Shown here: positions 46,856 to 56,442 of the stretch, piece after piece | Numbering within the stretch: position 1 is the stretch's first letter | Layout: each line of letters starts with the position of its first letter | Origin: an uncultured virus (IMG/VR IMGVR_UViG_3300030390_001073) | Lineage: Duplodnaviria; Heunggongvirae; Uroviricota; Caudoviricetes | DNA length: 64,000 nucleotides | Direction: 5' to 3' (one strand) | Virus record (IMG/VR): IMGVR_UViG_3300030390_001073 | Notes under the pieces: generated by a model | The model's input: the letters and a program-made list of their open reading frames with translations, nothing else | Database searches by the model: none | What the model was told of the DNA's origin: nothing | Translations under genes and position numbers: made by a program

Positions 46856-47116
46856 ATGAATAAATATGAAATAGAATATTGGTACTTAAACTTTGTCGGA
46901 GAAGATGACATGGGTTATGATACCGAAACAATAGAGCTTGAAGCCAATACTGATGCTGAAGCAATAGCTAAAGCTAGTAGAATGACTAGAGGTAAAAACT
47001 ATAAAATAATAAATAAATACAATAAGAGAACGGAATCTAAATACAAGATGATGTTATGGTCAATGATAGGATTGATAGTCTCTATGTTATTTATAGTAAT
47101 ACATTCTTGCTCATGA
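46856..47116 (+). CDS. hypothetical protein with C-terminal TM segment
   Basis: likely start MNKYEIEYW at 46856. Confidence 0.65.
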   Translation: MNKYEIEYWYLNFVGEDDMGYDTETIELEANTDAEAIAKASRMTRGKNYKIINKYNKRTESKYKMMLWSMIGLIVSMLFIVIHSCS

Positions 47117-47298
47117 CTCTCTCAGAATACCTAATTCAATCGATGAAAGAAGTCAGAGATATGAATGAAAAACAGAAACAAAATATTATTGAGATGAATG
47201 ATTTTTTCAGGGTCAGCGACAAAACCGAAATAGATTCGAAACTAACTGAATTGATTCCTGAATATCGTAAACCGAAAAAATATAATTCCAAGCATTAG
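47113..47298 (+). CDS. hypothetical protein
   Basis: likely start MTLSEYLIQ, ATGA overlap with the previous stop. Confidence 0.6.
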   Translation: MTLSEYLIQSMKEVRDMNEKQKQNIIEMNDFFRVSDKTEIDSKLTELIPEYRKPKKYNSKH

Positions 47299-47318
47299 GA
47301 ATTGTAATTTTATTATAC

Positions 47319-47326
47319 TATATTTG
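47319..47326 (+). promoter_or_regulatory. Bacteroidota-type -7 element (TATATTTG)
   Basis: intergenic, upstream of 47360. Confidence 0.6.
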
Positions 47327-47359
47327 TACTAATTATAAATCAAATCAAATTTAAATATT

Positions 47360-47620
47360 ATGAAAAATCCTTATTTTGATATCTTTGCACCAAGTGGAAT
47401 AGATGTCGTATTCAATTCAAACAATTCAATCACAATTAAAAAGAAAGGTGCAACGCATATCCTGTGTGAAATCTCAACGACAGAACATTTTGAGAGAGCA
47501 ATGCAGAAAGACCATGACAACACACCAAACATCGACTTACATGAAGTAACTTTAGTAAACGAAGAGCCTGCAAAACTAGGCATTCCTGAAGTTTACGCAT
47601 ACGATGATTTACCATTTTAA
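47360..47620 (+). CDS. hypothetical protein with SSB-like acidic tail (DDLPF)
   Basis: 86 aa ending YDDLPF. Confidence 0.7.
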   Translation: MKNPYFDIFAPSGIDVVFNSNNSITIKKKGATHILCEISTTEHFERAMQKDHDNTPNIDLHEVTLVNEEPAKLGIPEVYAYDDLPF

Positions 47621-47640
47621 TTAACTGAATTCTAACTTAG

Positions 47641-47665
47641 AGGAGACTTATGTCTCCTTTTTTTT
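47641..47665 (+). terminator. intrinsic terminator
   Basis: AGGAGAC-ttat-GTCTCCT followed by a T tract. Confidence 0.8.
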
Positions 47666-47675
47666 TACATAAATT

Positions 47676-47858
47676 ATGGATAATAAAATTTTTACAATGT
47701 ACTTAAATCAAGTAAAAGAAAATAAATTGTTGCGTAAGTATGTGCAACAACAAAAATTAAAAAAGTATCAAAAGCCTGTTTTTAACAATTGGGATCAAAT
47801 CGACAAAAAACTAATCGATGGTCAATGGTGGGTTAAATCTAAAGATGCATTAAAATAA
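47676..47858 (+). CDS. hypothetical protein
   Basis: 60 aa ORF in the early operon. Confidence 0.55.
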   Translation: MDNKIFTMYLNQVKENKLLRKYVQQQKLKKYQKPVFNNWDQIDKKLIDGQWWVKSKDALK

Positions 47859-47865
47859 ATAAACT

Positions 47866-48270
47866 ATGAATATATTAAATCAAGATGTGCTTAACGAGAA
47901 GCTACAAAAGAAACCTAACAAGTCTTACATACAGAAGGTGCAACAATTCAATTGTGCAAAGAAGCCAATGTCATTTCTTAAGTTTAAAGAGACAGGCAGA
48001 AAGATGAAACCATCTGCTTATCTTAAAAACTATTACAAGTCTGACATATCAATTACTGACATGGGATTGGTAATTGAAAAAGATGCGTCAGCTATATATA
48101 GATATGTAGGAGGTTTTGTTATTCAAGAACTAGGAAAGAATTTTTACATGAGATATTACAACAACTTTAATTCTTATAAAACTAAAAGTGAAGCAGAAAA
48201 ATTTCTGTATGAATTTGCTTCTGAATTACTTGTATTTTCATATGCTAAAGACCCAACTAATCAACAATAG
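47866..48270 (+). CDS. hypothetical protein
   Basis: 134 aa ORF in the early operon. Confidence 0.6.
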   Translation: MNILNQDVLNEKLQKKPNKSYIQKVQQFNCAKKPMSFLKFKETGRKMKPSAYLKNYYKSDISITDMGLVIEKDASAIYRYVGGFVIQELGKNFYMRYYNNFNSYKTKSEAEKFLYEFASELLVFSYAKDPTNQQ

Positions 48271-48272
48271 AT

Positions 48273-48554
48273 ATGAAACATAAGAATCCAAACGAAGAAA
48301 AAATAAAAGAAGTATCAGCAAAAGTATATCATATGCTATTAGAAAAAAATAGTGCTTATGGTAACTCAGCATTAACGCCTGTCAACATATTTGCAAAGGG
48401 AAATGCTGTAGAAGGAATATCAGCTAGAATAGATGACAAGCTATCTAGAATAAAGAACAGAGGATTGTCTGATGCTACAGAAGACACCTTGTTTGACTTA
48501 TGTGGATATTTAATTTTATTAATTATTGCCCAAGAAAATTTGCACAAGAAATAA
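48273..48554 (+). CDS. DUF1599/nucleotide-modification-associated domain protein
   Basis: KNSAYGNS...RIDDKLSRI...EDTLFDLCGYLIL. Confidence 0.75.
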   Translation: MKHKNPNEEKIKEVSAKVYHMLLEKNSAYGNSALTPVNIFAKGNAVEGISARIDDKLSRIKNRGLSDATEDTLFDLCGYLILLIIAQENLHKK

Positions 48555-48570
48555 ACAATTATTATATTTG
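48539..48570 (+). promoter_or_regulatory. Bacteroidota sigma-A promoter (TTTG ... TATATTTG)
   Basis: TTTG at 48539-48542 and TATATTTG at 48563-48570. Confidence 0.7.
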
Positions 48571-48586
48571 CAATTCATAATGTTGG

Positions 48587-48654
48587 TTAGTAAGAGGGGT
48601 TACATTAAGGAATGTTTATTTAAGAATTTTTCATCCTTAGTAACCCCTCACTAA
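48587..48654 (+). other. long imperfect RNA hairpin in a 5' leader
   Basis: TTAGT..GAGGGGTTAC..TAAGGA pairs with TCCTTA-GTAACCCCTC-ACTAA; no substantial U tract. Confidence 0.6.
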
Positions 48655-48674
48655 TTTTAATCCAATCAAATTCA

Positions 48675-48983
48675 ATGAATTATAAAAAAGATGTATTTAA
48701 TCAGTACGCACAAAGTGTAGCTAAGGCACACGATATTTCTACAAAACAATTATTTACAAAAGATAAATCTAAACCTGTAGTGGATGCTAGGCATATGCTA
48801 TATTACTTATGTAGTAAAAGACCAATGCGTATAGCATACATAGAAACATACATGAAAGATAGTGGGTATCAAATTACTCACTCATCTATTATACATGGAT
48901 TAAAATCCGTTGACCAAAATAAAATAAAGGATAAAGATTTTATGGCTGTTTGTAATAAAATAGAAGAATGTGTTACTCTCTAG
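48675..48983 (+). CDS. DnaA C-terminal-like HTH protein
   Basis: K.KPVVDARHMLYYL...HSSIIHG motif. Confidence 0.7.
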   Translation: MNYKKDVFNQYAQSVAKAHDISTKQLFTKDKSKPVVDARHMLYYLCSKRPMRIAYIETYMKDSGYQITHSSIIHGLKSVDQNKIKDKDFMAVCNKIEECVTL

Positions 48984-49372
48984 AACAAATATTCCAACAA
49001 GCCAAAGATGACCATTACACAGCTTCGTTAGATGGCGATGGAAGAGAAGCAAGAATATTGTATGGAATCAGAATTGAAAAAATAAATCTGTCAGGAAAGA
49101 TATCTATTCACAATACAACTAAAGGAGGAGATTATTATACTCTAGCTGAGACAGATGCAGTAGAAATTTTTACAGAAAAAGGGTGGAGGTATGGAGTTTT
49201 TTCATTAGCTTTGTCTAATTATCGTTCAAAACTAGATATAATAGAACGTAAGATACGAGAGGAAGTGAATACTCGTAAGAACGCAAAACATATTCAAAGT
49301 TTAAAATCAAACAGACAACGAATATTAAATCGTTTTTCAAAAGTTTCACATAAATTTAATTCAATCAAATAA
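48968..49372 (+). CDS. hypothetical protein
   Basis: 134 aa in operon. Confidence 0.6.
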   Translation: MCYSLEQIFQQAKDDHYTASLDGDGREARILYGIRIEKINLSGKISIHNTTKGGDYYTLAETDAVEIFTEKGWRYGVFSLALSNYRSKLDIIERKIREEVNTRKNAKHIQSLKSNRQRILNRFSKVSHKFNSIK

Positions 49373-49377
49373 ATATT

Positions 49378-49917
49378 ATGAAATTAAAAACAATTAAAAT
49401 TCAAGGTAAAGATTACGTTGAAGTACACGAAAGACTAAAGTATTTTAGAAACACCTACAAAGACTTTTCATTAGTCACAGAGGTTGTAGAGAAAACAGAA
49501 ACAAGTATATTACTTAAAGCTATCATTACAAATGAAGTAGGTAAAGTAATAGCTACAGGTCTAGCTGAAGAAATTAAAGGTGTAGGTTTTATTAATAAAA
49601 CATCTCACATTGAAAATTGTGAAACATCTGCATGGGGTAGAGCGTTAGCTAACTTTGGAATTGGTATTGATTCAGGAATTGCATCTGTACAGGAAGTTAG
49701 AAATGCGAAAGACAAGCAACAAGATTTAAATACAAAACCTGTTCCTAAACCTAAACCTAAATCTAAAGAAAAAAGAGATATAGATATTCCAATGTTTTTA
49801 AAATGGATTGCTTCATTAAGTGTTGAGGATAAGAACATGGATTTTATTCTTAAATATTTAGATGAAAATCACTACAACTATACTAAGAAACAAGTAACCT
49901 CTTTAATAAAAAGCTAA
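49378..49917 (+). CDS. single-strand annealing protein (Rad52/Sak-like)
   Basis: GKDYVEVHERLKYF...ATGLAEE...ENCETSAWGRALANFGIG; paired with an exonuclease gene. Confidence 0.7.
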   Translation: MKLKTIKIQGKDYVEVHERLKYFRNTYKDFSLVTEVVEKTETSILLKAIITNEVGKVIATGLAEEIKGVGFINKTSHIENCETSAWGRALANFGIGIDSGIASVQEVRNAKDKQQDLNTKPVPKPKPKSKEKRDIDIPMFLKWIASLSVEDKNMDFILKYLDENHYNYTKKQVTSLIKS

Positions 49918-50639
49918 TGGATATTCTAGAACAACTTAAAGATGACAATGAATATTACAATGGTGTAGGTAAAAAGTATTTATCTAATTCAAACATTGGT
50001 CAACTATTAAAACATCCTGCTCTCTTTCAAAAAAATGAAGGAGATAATAAAAACTTTCTAGCAGGTAGATACTTTCATCAACTAATATTAGAACCTCAAA
50101 AGGCAAAAGAGTTTCCAATCATTGATGTATCATCAAGAACAACTAAAGCGTACAAGGAAGCAAGTGCTGATGGTAATATGTTATTGTTACAGCGAGAAGC
50201 TGAAGAAATAAAATCATGGGTCAATACAATAGATTCAAACAAACACTTTGCATCTTTAATATATGACCCTGCCAACGAGTATGAGATTCCTGCTGTAGCT
50301 GAGTTACATGGCAATCTTTGGAAAGGAAAAGCTGATATAATTACTAAAGACTATGTTATAGATTTAAAAACATCAAGCGATAGTTTTAAATTTAAACGTA
50401 ATAGTTTTTATTATAACTATGATAGCCAAGCATATATATATCAACAGCTGTTTGGCAAACCTGTAAAGTTTTTAGTAATTGACAAAAATCATAAAGTTTT
50501 ATCTTGGTGGGATGTTAGTGCTGAAGCATTAGTAAACGGAGAAGAGAAAGTAAAAAGAGCAACTGAAATTTATAACAAATATTATTCTGATGACGCAACT
50601 GAAAAAATTAATGAGTTTTTTGTGGAAGATTGTATCTAA
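49917..50639 (+). CDS. PD-(D/E)XK exonuclease (RecE/DUF3799-like)
   Basis: LSNS...G.YFH..ILEP...KGKADII...IDLKT...Y..QAYIY. Confidence 0.8.
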   Translation: MDILEQLKDDNEYYNGVGKKYLSNSNIGQLLKHPALFQKNEGDNKNFLAGRYFHQLILEPQKAKEFPIIDVSSRTTKAYKEASADGNMLLLQREAEEIKSWVNTIDSNKHFASLIYDPANEYEIPAVAELHGNLWKGKADIITKDYVIDLKTSSDSFKFKRNSFYYNYDSQAYIYQQLFGKPVKFLVIDKNHKVLSWWDVSAEALVNGEEKVKRATEIYNKYYSDDATEKINEFFVEDCI

Positions 50640-50781
50640 ACATATTCCTAAAAAGACTCCAAAAAATACTATGATGTGGATAGAAGTTCCAATATTCGCA
50701 AGTAGTTTAGATGATAAAACAAATTTTATTGTCGCAACAATCAATCATTTGGAACACAAAATAAAAATTAAAAAATTATGA
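50623..50781 (+). CDS. small hypothetical protein (start uncertain)
   Basis: ORF track gives 50590-50781, which overlaps the upstream gene; fills the gap before the putative SSB. Confidence 0.4.
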   Translation, partial: WKIVSKHIPKKTPKNTMMWIEVPIFASSLDDKTNFIVATINHLEHKIKIKKL

Positions 50782-51044
50782 ACAAAGAAAAGTATGTACA
50801 CAAGGCAGGTTCAGGAAGTCTGTTTAAGAATCAGTATAAAGATTCTGATGCAAAACCTGACATGGTAGGTTCTGCTACAACATTGAATGGAGATGTTGTA
50901 GAATTAGCAGGATGGACATCAACAACACAAGCAGGAGAAAAATATGTTAGCATAAAGATGTCTCCTCCATATGTAAAAGATGAAGGAAATGCTCCACAAC
51001 AAAGTAAACAAGAATCTAAAGTAGAGACTGATTTACCATTTTAA
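50778..51044 (+). CDS. putative ssDNA-binding protein
   Basis: GSLFKN...PDMVG...LAGW...GEKYVSIK OB-like pattern; C-terminal DLPF tail. Confidence 0.7.
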   Translation: MNKEKYVHKAGSGSLFKNQYKDSDAKPDMVGSATTLNGDVVELAGWTSTTQAGEKYVSIKMSPPYVKDEGNAPQQSKQESKVETDLPF

Positions 51045-51067
51045 ATAATGCTTAGGGAGTTAAATTA

Positions 51068-51091
51068 GGGGGGAGAAATCCTCCTTTTTTT
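51068..51091 (+). terminator. intrinsic terminator
   Basis: GGGGGA-gaaa-TCCTCC followed by a T tract. Confidence 0.7.
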
Positions 51092-51101
51092 AGCTTTTTT
51101 T

Positions 51102-51262
51102 TGTGTTGAAATGCTAATTTAATCCTCTTCTATAGAGCTATATAGACTTTTTAATATTATATTTATTTTCTCTGACTCCTAAAAACTAATATATACTACA
51201 TTTTCGACACTTATACTGATAATCAACGACTTATCAAAATTTAATCAACATAAAATCAACAT
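51102..51262. repeat. TCAACA/TGTTGA repeat region with IHF-like site (origin-like element B)
   Basis: gtgttgaaatg ... cattttcgacac inverted pair, aatcaacgactta at 51221-51233, tandem aatcaacat-aa-aatcaacat directly before the primase ATG. Confidence 0.5.
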
Positions 51263-51266
51263 TAAA

Positions 51267-53687
51267 ATGACACACAAAGTAACAATCTTCAAAAATATCA
51301 AAGAAACTATTGCACCTTACCATGTAGAAATCGATGTTATACTAAACAGAATAAGGGAAGGGTCTGATTCTAAGGCACTTGTGCAACAAATAAGAAAACT
51401 AAAGAAAAAAGCTGAAAGAAACGAGATAAAAAAACTATTACCTGCGATTTGTTTTTCAGGTGTTTTTAACAAACGTACTGATGCATCAATCGTTCAGCAT
51501 AGTGGATTTATCTGCTTGGATTTTGATGGCTATCCTAACTTTAAAACACTAATGCAAGACAAGGAAAGTTTATCCAACAACAAATTTGTGTACGCTGTAT
51601 TTATATCTCCATCAGGAAATGGATTAAAAGTTTTAATTAAGATTCCTGCTGATGCAGAGAATCACACTAAATACTTTAACTCATTAGAGAAGTATTTTAA
51701 CTCTGAATACTTTGACAAGACTTGTAAAAATATATCAAGGGTTTGTTATGAATCATATGACCCAATAATTTTCATCAATAAAAATTCTAAACTTTGGGAT
51801 AAGATTGAAGAAGAAGAATATGTAGAGGTAAATGTAAACAAAGACCCATTGACAATTCCTATTACTGATGAAAACAAAATAGTAGATATATTATTAAAGT
51901 GGTGGACTAAAAAATATCCTATGTCATCAGGGCAAAGAAATCAAAACACTTTTGTTCTAGCATCAGCTTTAAATGATTTTGGAATAAATAAAAGTTTAGC
52001 TTCTTATGTGCTTGGACAATTTAGTACAAAAGATTTTCCAACAAGAGAGATAGAAAGAACTATTGACTCAGCTTATTCTAATACAGCTAATTTTGGAACT
52101 AAGTTTTATATGGATGAGGATAGGGTTAACTCTGTTAAAGCAAAACTAAGAAGAGGTGTATCAAAAAAAGAAATTAGAAATCAATTAGAAGAATCTAATT
52201 TAGACTCAAAAATTATAGACTCAGTATTAAACAAAGCTGAAGAATCTAACAACAATCAAACTTTTTGGGTTAAAAACGATAAGGGAACTATAAAAATAGT
52301 TCATGTTTTATTTAAAGAATACTTAGAAGATAATGGGTTCTATAAATTTTGTCCTGAAGGTAGTAAAAATTACGTCTTTGTTCGAGTACAGAACAACCTC
52401 ATAGACCATACTACTGAAAAAGAAATTAAAGATTTTATATTAAGTGGATTGATTGAGTTGGATGATTTGTCGATTTATAATTATTTTGCTGACCAAACAA
52501 GATTTTTTAAAGATGAATTTCTTACACTTTTATCTTCTGTTAATATATATTTTATAGCCGACAGCAAAGATACTTCGTATTTGTATTATAAAAATTGTGC
52601 TGTTAAGATAACTAAAGGTTCGTTGACTATGATAGACTATATTGATTTAGGAGGTTTTGTTTGGAAAGACCATGTTATTGATAGAGACTTCAACGAATGT
52701 TCTATTGATAGCTGTGATTATAAAAAATTCATAGAAAACATATGTGCAAAGAATGAAAGCAGAATAAAATCTATGGAATCTACAATTGGATTTCTAATGC
52801 ATGGTTATAAAAACTTATCATTTTGTCCTGCTGTAATTCTTAATGATGAGGTAATTAGTGACAATCCTGAAGGAGGAACAGGTAAAGGGTTGTTTATGAA
52901 TGCATTATCACACATGAAAAAATTAGTGACTATTGATGGTAAGAGCTTTACATTTGAGCGTTCTTTTGCATATCAATTAGTTTCAGCTGATACACAGATA
53001 TTATGCTTTGATGATGTAAAAAAATATTTTGACTTTGAAAGGCTGTTCAGCTTAATTACTGAAGGTCTTACGCTTGAGAAGAAAAACAAGGATGCAATTA
53101 AGATACCATTCTCAAAGTCACCTAAGATAGCCATCACTACGAACTATGCAATTAAGGGAGCAGGTAATTCATTTGCAAGAAGAAAGTGGGAATTGGAACT
53201 ACATCAGTATTATAACAAAGCATTCACTCCTTTAGATGAATTCGGAAAATTAATGTTTGGTGATTGGGATGAAGATATGTGGTGTGAGTTTGATAACTAT
53301 ATGATTAAATGTTTACAGCTTTATTTAGAAAACGGATTAATGCAGTCTGTGTTTGTTAATCTTAAAGTAAGACAGCTTTCAGCTGAAACTTCTCATGACT
53401 TTATAGAATGGTGTGGACTGATTACAGGGCATGAACCAAACGATTTATTAAGAACACATGTGCAAATTCGTAAGCAAGACTTATACTTTAATTTTATAGA
53501 GGAGAATCCTGACTATGGACCTAAAGCTAAAATGACAATATCACGAACAAGATTTTATAAATGGCTAACTGCATATGCAATTTTTAAGCAAGGTGTTCCT
53601 CCTGAAGAAGGAAGAGATGCAGCAGGCAAGTGGATTAGATTTAGAAACAAACATGAATTAGAGTATAATGCAAAAATAGATATATAA
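51267..53687 (+). CDS. primase-helicase (BT4734/VirE-N-like primase domain plus SF3-like P-loop helicase)
   Basis: LPAICFSG...ICLDFD...FISPSGNGLK; GQRN PriCT-like motif; GGTGKG Walker A, FDD Walker B, ITTN motif C. Confidence 0.85.
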   Translation: MTHKVTIFKNIKETIAPYHVEIDVILNRIREGSDSKALVQQIRKLKKKAERNEIKKLLPAICFSGVFNKRTDASIVQHSGFICLDFDGYPNFKTLMQDKESLSNNKFVYAVFISPSGNGLKVLIKIPADAENHTKYFNSLEKYFNSEYFDKTCKNISRVCYESYDPIIFINKNSKLWDKIEEEEYVEVNVNKDPLTIPITDENKIVDILLKWWTKKYPMSSGQRNQNTFVLASALNDFGINKSLASYVLGQFSTKDFPTREIERTIDSAYSNTANFGTKFYMDEDRVNSVKAKLRRGVSKKEIRNQLEESNLDSKIIDSVLNKAEESNNNQTFWVKNDKGTIKIVHVLFKEYLEDNGFYKFCPEGSKNYVFVRVQNNLIDHTTEKEIKDFILSGLIELDDLSIYNYFADQTRFFKDEFLTLLSSVNIYFIADSKDTSYLYYKNCAVKITKGSLTMIDYIDLGGFVWKDHVIDRDFNECSIDSCDYKKFIENICAKNESRIKSMESTIGFLMHGYKNLSFCPAVILNDEVISDNPEGGTGKGLFMNALSHMKKLVTIDGKSFTFERSFAYQLVSADTQILCFDDVKKYFDFERLFSLITEGLTLEKKNKDAIKIPFSKSPKIAITTNYAIKGAGNSFARRKWELELHQYYNKAFTPLDEFGKLMFGDWDEDMWCEFDNYMIKCLQLYLENGLMQSVFVNLKVRQLSAETSHDFIEWCGLITGHEPNDLLRTHVQIRKQDLYFNFIEENPDYGPKAKMTISRTRFYKWLTAYAIFKQGVPPEEGRDAAGKWIRFRNKHELEYNAKIDI

Positions 53688-53935
53688 TGGATGATGATGA
53701 AATGGTACATAAAGCCATGTTAAATTCATATAATTTAATTATCAATGATATTTATATAGATGTAAAAAACATATCAAAAGATGGTTGGTTTGCTCATGAT
53801 GTAAATAATCCATTAAAAAAAGATGTATTAGAAAACATGTTGGAGTATTTTATGGAAGTAGAAGAATATGAAAAGTGCCAAGACATTAAGATTGTTTTAG
53901 ACGATTGGACAAACAATAAGTATAGAAAAATATGA
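53687..53935 (+). CDS. small protein with UvrB/UvrC-like motif
   Basis: YFMEVEEYEKCQDIK. Confidence 0.55.
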   Translation: MDDDEMVHKAMLNSYNLIINDIYIDVKNISKDGWFAHDVNNPLKKDVLENMLEYFMEVEEYEKCQDIKIVLDDWTNNKYRKI

Positions 53936-55161
53936 AACTCAGACCATATCAAAAGACAATCATAGAGCTTGGAAAACAAACTCTTTTAACTAAGGGTTTT
54001 GTATACCTAGCTATGGAAGTTAGAACAGGTAAAACTCTTACAAGTTTAGGAATTGCTGAGAAAGTAAAAGCAAAAAATGTTTTGTTTATTACTAAAAAAA
54101 AAGCAATCTCAAGTATAGAAGATGACTTTCAGCTTTTAAAACCTAACTATGATTTAACAACTATTAACTATGAAAGTTTACACAAATTACCTAAAATTAA
54201 ATGGGATGTTATTGTATGTGATGAAGCTCATTCAATGGGAGCTTTTCCAAAACCAAGCAAAAGAGCTAAACAAGTTAAGGTGTTAATTCAAGGATGTAAT
54301 CCTTATGTTATTTTATTGTCAGGAACTCCAACTCCTGAATCTTTTAGTCAGATGTATCATCAAGTCTTTGGAATACCAAACAATCCTTTTTCTAAATACA
54401 AAAATTTTTATAGGTTTTCAGATGACTATGTTAATGTTGTTGTAAAACCTATTGGAGGTTTACAAATTAGAGACTATTCTAAAGGTCATGAAAACATAAT
54501 CAACAAAATGCAACCCTGTATGATAAATTTTTCACAAAAAAATGCAGGGTTTAAAGTTGAAACAACCGAAGAAATTTTGTATGTTAGCTTACAGGAATCA
54601 ACTTACGAGTTAGCAAAGAAATTAAAAAAACATTTAGTAGTAGAAGGAAAGACAGAAACGTTAATGGGAGACACACCTGTAAAACTTATGTCAAAACTTC
54701 ATCAGATTTACTCAGGAACTGTTAAATTTGAAAGTGGTAACTCAATGGTTCTAGACTTATCTAAAGCAAGATTTATTAAAAATAAATTTGCAAATAAAAA
54801 GATTGCTATCTTTTATAAGTTTAAGGAAGAACTAAATGCTATTAAGGAAGTTTATGGGGAGACCATTTCAACGGAATTAAGCGTTTTCAAAGAAACCGAT
54901 AAAAGTATAGCATTACAGATTGTTAGTGGGAGGGAAGGTATTAGTCTAAAGGAAGCCAATGCATTAGTTTACTATAACATTGATTTTTCAGCCACCTCCT
55001 ATTGGCAGTCTAGGGATAGAATGACAACTAAAAATAGATTAAAAAATAATGTGTATTGGATATTTTCTGACAAAGGAATAGAAAACAAAATATATAAAGC
55101 AGTAACCCGTAAGAAGGATTATACTTTAAAACATTTCAAAAGAGATTTCTTAAATTTGTAA
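53932..55161 (+). CDS. SNF2-like superfamily 2 helicase
   Basis: LRPYQ, EVRTGKT, DEAH, SGTP, EGISL and QSRDR motifs. Confidence 0.88.
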   Translation: MKLRPYQKTIIELGKQTLLTKGFVYLAMEVRTGKTLTSLGIAEKVKAKNVLFITKKKAISSIEDDFQLLKPNYDLTTINYESLHKLPKIKWDVIVCDEAHSMGAFPKPSKRAKQVKVLIQGCNPYVILLSGTPTPESFSQMYHQVFGIPNNPFSKYKNFYRFSDDYVNVVVKPIGGLQIRDYSKGHENIINKMQPCMINFSQKNAGFKVETTEEILYVSLQESTYELAKKLKKHLVVEGKTETLMGDTPVKLMSKLHQIYSGTVKFESGNSMVLDLSKARFIKNKFANKKIAIFYKFKEELNAIKEVYGETISTELSVFKETDKSIALQIVSGREGISLKEANALVYYNIDFSATSYWQSRDRMTTKNRLKNNVYWIFSDKGIENKIYKAVTRKKDYTLKHFKRDFLNL

Positions 55162-55162
55162 A

Positions 55163-55345
55163 ATGAGGTTCGTAAGGTTTTTGGTAATTTGGATAAGTCA
55201 AAACCTTGCAATTCCTTTTTGGGTAGTAGGTCATATACACCTATCAATCCATAACTACCATGATGCAATAGAAATTATATCATCACTTAGTATGAATATA
55301 ATTGTGTTTATTGGACTCTTAGAGGATTATAGAAAAAACGGATGA
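55163..55345 (+). CDS. small membrane protein
   Basis: 60 aa, hydrophobic, coupled to its neighbours. Confidence 0.55.
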   Translation: MRFVRFLVIWISQNLAIPFWVVGHIHLSIHNYHDAIEIISSLSMNIIVFIGLLEDYRKNG

Positions 55346-55584
55346 CTGAACAACAGATACAAAGTAAAAGAATAAAAGAACTCGAAGCAAAAGGATATTA
55401 TGTTTTAAAATTAGTGAAGACTAATAAAAACGGAATACCGGATTTAGTAGCAATACCACCTAATTCCCAAGTTTTGTTTAGTGAGGTAAAGACAGCGAAG
55501 GGAAGGCTGTCAACATTACAGAAATATAGATTAAAAGAATTAGAAGAACATGGATGCATCACAGAAGTTTTTAGAGGAGATTGA
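55342..55584 (+). CDS. VRR-NUC domain nuclease
   Basis: EQQIQ...GIPDL...FSEVK...GRLSTLQ. Confidence 0.85.
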   Translation: MTEQQIQSKRIKELEAKGYYVLKLVKTNKNGIPDLVAIPPNSQVLFSEVKTAKGRLSTLQKYRLKELEEHGCITEVFRGD

Positions 55585-55924
55585 ATATTTAATGCAAGAT
55601 GGCATCAGTCATTACGAATATGAAGATGAAGTTGCAGATGCATTACGAGATATGCCGGAAGATTATAGCATACCAATAATAGTTTTGTTGGAAAGCAATA
55701 TACATCTCCTTCCAAAAGTAGAAGGATACACACAAATGATATCCGGAGTATTACGCTACGAAGAACCTTATTTTTTTGAGATTGAATATATCAATCAACC
55801 AAATGAATTTCCTATATTTATAGATATTAATCCCATTAAAGTTGACAGGTACTTGGATTACATTAATTCAAATCAAATTTTAAAAGCAAATGAATCAATA
55901 CTACAAAGAATCTACAAAAGTTAG
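55550..55924 (+). CDS. acidic hypothetical protein
   Basis: 124 aa ORF in operon; start uncertain. Confidence 0.55.
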   Translation: MDASQKFLEEIEYLMQDGISHYEYEDEVADALRDMPEDYSIPIIVLLESNIHLLPKVEGYTQMISGVLRYEEPYFFEIEYINQPNEFPIFIDINPIKVDRYLDYINSNQILKANESILQRIYKS

Positions 55925-56426
55925 CATATATAAAAGAATTATAAAACAAGTTTTTAACATTAGTTTAGATACCAAAGGAAGAGTAAGAAATTTAGTAGAT
56001 GCTCGTATGGTTTTTACTAAATTAATGAGAGATGAAAAATCAACATATCAATCAATTGCATTTCATTTAAACCTAGAAAGTCATGCATCTGTTATTCATT
56101 ACTACAAGTCTATACAGTTTTTATTATCACACGACAAAGAGTTAAAAAGAAAGTACGATATGTGTGTTAGATTGTATAATTTAACAGACCCTGCACTTGA
56201 TATATTGAAACCTGACGAGCTAAAAAACAGATGTTTGAATTTGGAAGATAAAAATAAATTGTTATCTTTAGAGTTAGAGATACTTAAAAAGCAACTACAA
56301 GAAACTTCTAGTCAAGAAAAAAGGTTCAAAAGCCTGTTTGACATGATAAGGACTCGCACTAAACCTAATACAGAAAAGGTAATAGAAAAAAAATTAAATA
56401 CTATATTCAATGGGATATATGATTAG
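55890..56426 (+). CDS. DnaA C-terminal-like HTH protein with coiled coil
   Basis: RVRNLVDARMVF...YQSIA..L...HASVIHY. Confidence 0.7.
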   Translation: MNQYYKESTKVSIYKRIIKQVFNISLDTKGRVRNLVDARMVFTKLMRDEKSTYQSIAFHLNLESHASVIHYYKSIQFLLSHDKELKRKYDMCVRLYNLTDPALDILKPDELKNRCLNLEDKNKLLSLELEILKKQLQETSSQEKRFKSLFDMIRTRTKPNTEKVIEKKLNTIFNGIYD

Positions 56427-56442
56427 CAACATGGATTAAATT

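Noticed and set aside
7713..51875. Other CTGATGA occurrences as hammerheads (e.g. near 7713, 27218, 29018, 50587, 51865)
   Set aside because: They lie inside coding regions, and I saw no flanking stems with a matching GAAA/stem III.
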